From: Amoebidium appalachense
Lineage: Eukaryota > Protista > Ichthyosporea
Reading direction: 5' to 3'
NCBI GenBank assembly: GCA_963693365.1
Contig: CAVNZM010000013.1
Coordinates: 5,384,640-5,448,639, forward strand
Length of the DNA: 64,000 nucleotides
Under the pieces are notes generated by a model. The model saw only the letters and a program-made list of their open reading frames with translations, searched no databases and was not told the DNA's origin. Of the stretch, positions 57,881 through 64,000 are shown piece after piece. The translations under genes and the position numbers were made by a program. The number at the start of each line of letters is the position of its first letter. Positions within the stretch are counted from its first letter, which is position 1.

Positions 57881-59537
57881 CCCCCTCCCTGCCTCCGGGG
57901 GCAAAAATGGGAAAAAGGAACTGCCACACATACCATCACACTCAGGCTCAGGCTCACTAAAAACTCAAAAACACGTGCGACTCGGTCGTGTTCCCTTCTA
58001 CATGATGCTGATCTGCTTTTTTTCGTAAAGTCTTAATACTTTGCACCGTGTAACACATCCTAACTCTCCTCACCCCCCTCCCTCCCTCCCCCACCTCACC
58101 CCATTAGGAAACATGCACGCGCATGCACACACACACACACACACACACGTACACACGTACACGTACAGGACCGGTTTGGTGGGCTGCACTTCTTCAACCC
58201 CGTGGCCATGATGCAGCTGGTGGAGGTGGTGCGCACGGAGCAGACCAACGATGCCACCTTCAACGCCCTCTATGACTATGCAAAGGCCCTGGGCAAGCGC
58301 CCGGTCGAGACAAAGGTGTGTTCTTGGGGAGGGGGAGGGGGGGATAGATGCAAGAGAGGAAGAGGGGTGTGGAAAGGAGTATAAATGCGGGCAGGGAGGG
58401 GGAACCAGGGATGAGGGGACAGTATGATGGAGGGGGGGGGGGGGGGGGGGCCCTAGGACGGAAATGGGGAGAGAGGGGGGGAAAGGGGGGTTTGTTTTTG
58501 CCTTTGTTTCACATTTACCAACACCAAATATTTGCTAGCCAGTCTACCCATGAACCAAACATGCACTGACCAGCACCGGTTCATTCCTTTATCAATCTGG
58601 CCCTCTTTCTTTATTGTTTTAGTGCTACACCCATGCTGTTAAAGGACACCTAGGGATTCAAGGTCAACTGCTTTGTAGAGCCACACGTCTCGTAGTTGAA
58701 CCTAAGGCGATTTGGCCCTAATCCCAGGGTTCATTTTTACCGTGTTCTTATGCCTCACATGTCTTCCTTAGAAGGGTTCCCCCGGAACGTTACCCATCAA
58801 CAGTCTATACGCTTTCTTTAACTATTCATTACTAGCCCACACTCGTTTTTCTCTTAAAGGACACCCGGGGGTTCATTGTCAACTACCATCTTCTTCTGCT
58901 GTACATACCTCTCTAGAAGGCAGTTTGCCAGTATAGCTTAGCATTTCACACAGTTTCTTTAACTATTGTTACTAACCCACACCCGTTTAGTTAAAGGACA
59001 CCCCGGGGTTCATTGTCAACCTTCTCCCTGTACCGTACATGCCGTTCTCTGAAATGCAACTAACCTATACTTTACCCACCAGTATATTACGCTTTCTTTA
59101 ACCATCCATTACTAATCCACACCCGTTTTCTTAAAGGACACCCCGGGGTTCATTGTCAACCGCCTGCTTGTGCCGTACATGTTCGAGGCTGTGCGCATGC
59201 TTGAGCGTGGGGAGGCCACCACTACCGATATTGATGCCGCCATGAAGCTGGGTGCCGGTTACCCCATGGGCCCGTTCGAGCTTGCTGACTATGTTGGGTA
59301 TGTAGATTCTCTCTTCTCTTTCTCTCTCTCCTATCTCTCTCTCTCTCTCGCTTCCCCTCCCTTATCTCCATCTCTCCCTCTCTCTCTCTCTTTCGTCTCC
59401 TCTCTCTCTCTCCCTCTCTGCGCCTCTCTCTCTCTCTGTCCCCCCCCCCCCCCCCCCCCCCCCCTCCATCTCCATCTCTCTCTCTGTCTCTGTCTCTGTC
59501 TCTCCCCATCCCCCCAATCTCCATCCCCATCTCTCTC

Positions 59538-59628
<91 letters not shown>

Positions 59629-59940
59629 TCCTCTATGGCTCTGGCTCTGGCTCTGGCTCTGCTTATGATCCCTTATCTTTGTGCGTGCTTTGCATTGTCT
59701 GTATTATGTTGTTAGTCGTGGAGTAATGCATTACATCCCCCCCCCCCCCCCCTCCCGGCCCACCAGCTCCCACAGTCTTCCTCTGTCAGCTTTTCCCCCA
59801 AACGGTACTCATTGGACTGTTGGTGCCTGCGCTAGAAATGTGCACTGCTTTTGTTGCATGCTCTGCGCACTTGTATGTGTATGTGTGTATTTTTGTTTTA
59901 TCCGACACCCATCACCCATTGTTCTTTCTATCACACCACA

Positions 59941-59971
<31 letters not shown>

Positions 59972-60143
59972 ACGCGCGCGCAAACACAACTCTTCTCTCC
60001 CGGAACACACACACACGGTATACGTACACGCGCGTAAATGCACACACACACACACGCGCTCGCGCCCTGTATTCCATTGTAACTTCAATCCTTTTTTTCT
60101 AGCGCCAGATGGAAGGACGACAAGCTGTTTGTATATGGGCGTG

Positions 60144-60209
<66 letters not shown>

Positions 60210-60265
60210 CACTAAGTGCTGTTGATTCTCCCTCAACTGCGTGTCAGATTGGTTCCTAACGGGAA

Positions 60266-60307
<42 letters not shown>

Positions 60308-60572
60308 AATCCCTATACACGCGCGCGTGCACACACACACACACACACACCTTTATATATCCCACCACCTCCCCCAACCCCTCCCCCCAAACAAACACAC
60401 ACACACATACACGTCCACGCACAGGCTGGACACGCTCAAGTTCATCATGGACGGGTGGATCCAGAAGTACCCCAACGAGGCCAACTTCAAGTCCTCCCCG
60501 ACACTCGACAAGCTGGTGGCCGAGGGCAAGCTGGGCAAGAAGGTCAAGCACGGCTTCTACAAGTACGATTAG
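55213..60572 (+). CDS. HADH: Mitochondrial short-chain 3-hydroxyacyl-CoA dehydrogenase
   Basis: Exons: 55213-55356, 56337-56465, 57018-57119, 57505-57627, 58169-58315, 59137-59297, 60425-60572. Motifs [84 protein letters not shown]. Confidence 0.96.
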
Positions 60573-61824
60573 ATCTAGATTAGATGGGTATGCGGATCAG
60601 ATCTAGATCATGTATGGATATGTTGGATTTGGTGTGTGGATCTGATCTAGATTGTGTACAGAGATTGGGTTTGTGGTGAGGGGGTGCATACGCGCACTGT
60701 AGGGCATTCGGACAGAGTATGGAATTGGGTGTTGTGGCTTGGTTGGGTGTGGATGGGCCTTATGATGGTTCCCGCAGCCCTTTTTCTTTTTTTTTTATTT
60801 CTCGTTTAGTTTCGCTATGGTGCTTTGTTGTAATGGGGCAGGGAGCCTTATGTAAGAGCTACATACGAAAGTACGCCGTGCACACAGGGAAAGATGAGTC
60901 TCTGTTAGTGCCATATTCAAAAGATGTGATGTTCCTGTATGTTTAGTTGTGTTTGTACACTAGCCTAATGGATGTATGGTATGTGTTGAATTGAGTATCG
61001 GATTTGCACGGTTGCTGTTTTGTTCCTTTTTCGGCTTCTTGTGTATGCAAGAGTCAAAAGAACAACACTGAAGTGAACCGTCAAGTGTGTGCCCTGAGAA
61101 CACACGTGCAGACACAAAGAACGATGTTCTCATTGCAAGGGGTTCTGAACCTGAAGAAATTATGTGACCTTGTTGACGTGTGTGCATGTGCATGTGTAGT
61201 CCGCGCTTCTCTTGTTCCCTCTAATCATTGTTCTCTTGTGATCGAGCATACAGGATGTGTGTGTGTGTGTGCAGGCGTCTAATAAAGGCGTACACGCACA
61301 CTGTGGCACGTTGATGTCACAATTTGTGTAATAATTCGGACACGGAATCTGGGTGCGAGCTCTTCGTAGGGTGATGCTCACCACGGTGGTCATATTCCAC
61401 CACCTCCTGCCTCCCTTCGTCCCCCATACTGAATACTAAGTGTTATGCCTCCCCCCCATCCCCCCCCCCCCAAAAAAAAGTTTTGTTATGATCAAAAGGC
61501 CTCACCGGTCCTCAGCCGGGCGCCAGGCTCCAGGCTCTCACGCTAATGTGGATGTGTTTAAAAAAAAGCTTGTTCAAGCTTCCCATGGTAACAGTGCCAT
61601 AGGCCTTGTGAAGTGGCTGCACGGACGTAGTAAATTTACAAGCCATTAGTGGATGGCCTGCATTACGTTTCTCCTTTCTCAGCCTGCACGGTTTAAGCTC
61701 GGCTCCACTAGGCCTGCCTGAGTAATATTATTAGGGAGAAATTTGCTTGTTGGAATCTTGGTGGTGCACGTGATGTATATTGTGTGTGTGTATGTGTATG
61801 TTTGTGTGTTTGTGTGTGTGTATG

Positions 61825-61870
<46 letters not shown>

Positions 61871-62570
61871 TGTGTGGTGTGTGTGCATGCGTACGTGCAC
61901 GCGCGCATGCACAGTTGCCGGGTGTGTGTGTATGTGTATGTCTTGGGGCAAAGGAGGGAAAGTCCGGGCACTTGCAATTGCCGGGATACCATAGGACGTT
62001 GCCAAAGCAGAGTGTCACATGCCGGGCACCAAGAAAAAAGGGGGTGGTATCTTTATTCTTCCCTTTCAAACATAATAAACCTTCACATGGATTGTGCATG
62101 TTATACAATACCAGCTTCAACAAGAAGACCATTCGTAAAAAAGTGCACCGGCACCTGATTTAAAAAACAAAACCAATCAAGAAAACGGCAAGAGTTAGTT
62201 AAAAAAACTGCTTTAAACGGATAGGCTTTCTAAACACCGTGAAAAAGAGGCTGGTATCTAATGTTTAACTCAGGACAATATCGTCATTTCGCTCAACCGA
62301 GATACCTACGGCCAAAACCACCCGGATTTCTGGCGTCCACAAGTGTGGGATTGCCCGCAGCTCTGTAATAAGATGAGTGGACACGTGTCTGTGTGTGCAC
62401 CTCGTGTCATACGGTTTGTAGGCATTGGGCGAACGGTTACCTATCCACCATACAACCGTTGGCAACTCCCCCGAAATAGAAAATATACACACACATCCGT
62501 CGCCCACGCGGACACTGTGACACATGCACGTACACATTCACGCAGACTCACCCACCCACCCACCCACCCC

Positions 62571-62618
<48 letters not shown>

Positions 62619-62685
62619 ACACAGTCCCACCTCCCTCCACCTCCCCCCTTCTCCCCATCCCCAAACACACACACACGCACACAAA

Positions 62686-62943
62686 TCATAACTCGATGGT
62701 ATGCTCCTTGTCACTGCAGGCCACACACATCAACCTCTTGTTTCTCACGACCATAGGCTTCCCAGCCAGCATGGCACTGCATGCCACACATCTGAAATGT
62801 GGGGGATGGAACCGCATCCCCTCTGTTTCCAGATAGCTGCCTTCAAGGGGTCTCTGGCATGCTTCACACAGCTGCCCTGTAACACGCCAATAGTGCACCT
62901 GTGTGTGTGTGTGGGGGGGGGGGGGGGGGGGGGGGGGGGGGTG

Positions 62944-62978
<35 letters not shown>

Positions 62979-63324
62979 CCGGGAGAGGGCGGGGGAGGGG
63001 GGTTGGGGAGGGGGGAGATATCGGTGGGAAGAGGTGAGAAGGGGATATCTTTGAAAATGGGAGACTTTGTGTTGATTATGCAGCATTTCGAATTCGAAAT
63101 ACAGGATTCACGAGATGCAAAATGGAAATGGAGTGCTGAAAGGGAAAGAAATGAACAGACACACCGGAGGACGAGGAGGGGGAAGAAGGGGAGGAAGGGG
63201 GGGGGGGGGGGGGGGGGGGAAGGGGGAAGAGGGAAAACGGGGGGGGGGGGGGGGGGGGGGGCTAGAGAGAGCAAGAGAGACAGCCTTTTTTTTTTTTTTT
63301 TTTTTTTTTGAGGGGAGGGGCGGG

Positions 63325-63360
<36 letters not shown>

Positions 63361-63791
63361 AGGGGGTGGGGGGAGGGGGGGTATGTGGGTGTATGGGCAG
63401 TCAGAGATACACCCATGGATGGTTGTGCGAGACTGAGAGTATGTGGGCTCAGATGGGGACGGGCGGACGATGGTTGGTTGGGATCAGCCGTGTGAATATG
63501 CGAAAAGCCCTGCGCAAGTGCAGAGCGAGTCGATAGGAGGTGGGATTTGTGGGGGGGGAGGGGGGGGAGGGGGGAAGGGGGAGGGGGGGGAGGTGGGGGG
63601 GGGAGATCTAGAGGGAGGGGTAAGAAAGTGTTAAGGAGTTAGAAGTACTGTGACACTGGCTACGGACAACACAATGCCGATTGGGGAAAAAAAAAAAAAA
63701 AAAGCAGACCCAAGAGTTAACGGAGCAACAAGGAAGCCGGTGGAGGAGGGAGCGGGTGGTGTGTGGGTGTGTGAGTTTTTTTTTTTTTTTT

Positions 63792-63833
<42 letters not shown>

Positions 63834-64000
63834 GGGGGGGGATGCTGGACGTATAACGGTCACTAACCTCGCAATAAGCCTTCCCCTTATGCTCCCAAAA
63901 GTCACCGGTAGGGAACTTCTGATCGCACCCACTCTCCATGCATCCGAAGCAGTCCTGGTGCCAGCTCATATCACACGCCTCGAGTACTTCCCCATCCTCT
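62686..64000 (-). CDS. 3' part of a LIM-domain protein (paxillin/leupaxin-like), truncated by the window edge
   Basis: Exon 63868->64000 (EACDMSWHQDCFGCMESGCDQKFPTGDFWEHKGKAYCE) joins 62686-62898 (VHYWRVTGQLCEACQRPLEGSYLETEGMRFHPPHFRCVAC...LMCVAC): two tandem LIM domains. Confidence 0.88.

Overview
Eukaryotic, intron-rich genomic DNA, not prokaryotic. Gene content and intron style suggest a unicellular opisthokont or holozoan, but this is inference only. Most ORFs in the supplied track are artefacts of (CA)n, (GA)n, poly-C and poly-G tracts. By manual splicing I reconstruct five spliced genes: an AIRAPL/ZFAND2B-like AN1 zinc-finger protein (+, 8 exons), a ZAK-alpha/MAP3K20-like kinase with kinase-leucine zipper-SAM-YEATS-like architecture (-, 13 exons), a mitochondrial family III CoA-transferase (-, 14 exons) divergent from a mitochondrial 3-hydroxyacyl-CoA dehydrogenase (+, 7 exons), and the 3' end of a paxillin-like LIM protein (-). 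The first 19 kb is an accessory region. It holds four near-identical intronless genes for a small secreted 12-Cys protein in two head-to-head pairs, an intronless multi-pass membrane protein, a TRIM-like LTR element, a MITE and degraded relics. The most unusual signals are: (1) a family of 5'-truncated, poly(A)-less retroposon-like 3' ends embedded in oligo-C tracts, always in the host-gene sense orientation; (2) decaying tandem 'echo' copies of exon-intron junctions in three genes; (3) 3' splice sites made of (CA)n-CAG with no polypyrimidine tract; (4) CDS-limited homogenisation of the Cys-rich quartet; (5) a ZAK-alpha-type ribosome-collision sensor architecture. All coordinates were read by eye, and homopolymer lengths are probably unreliable.
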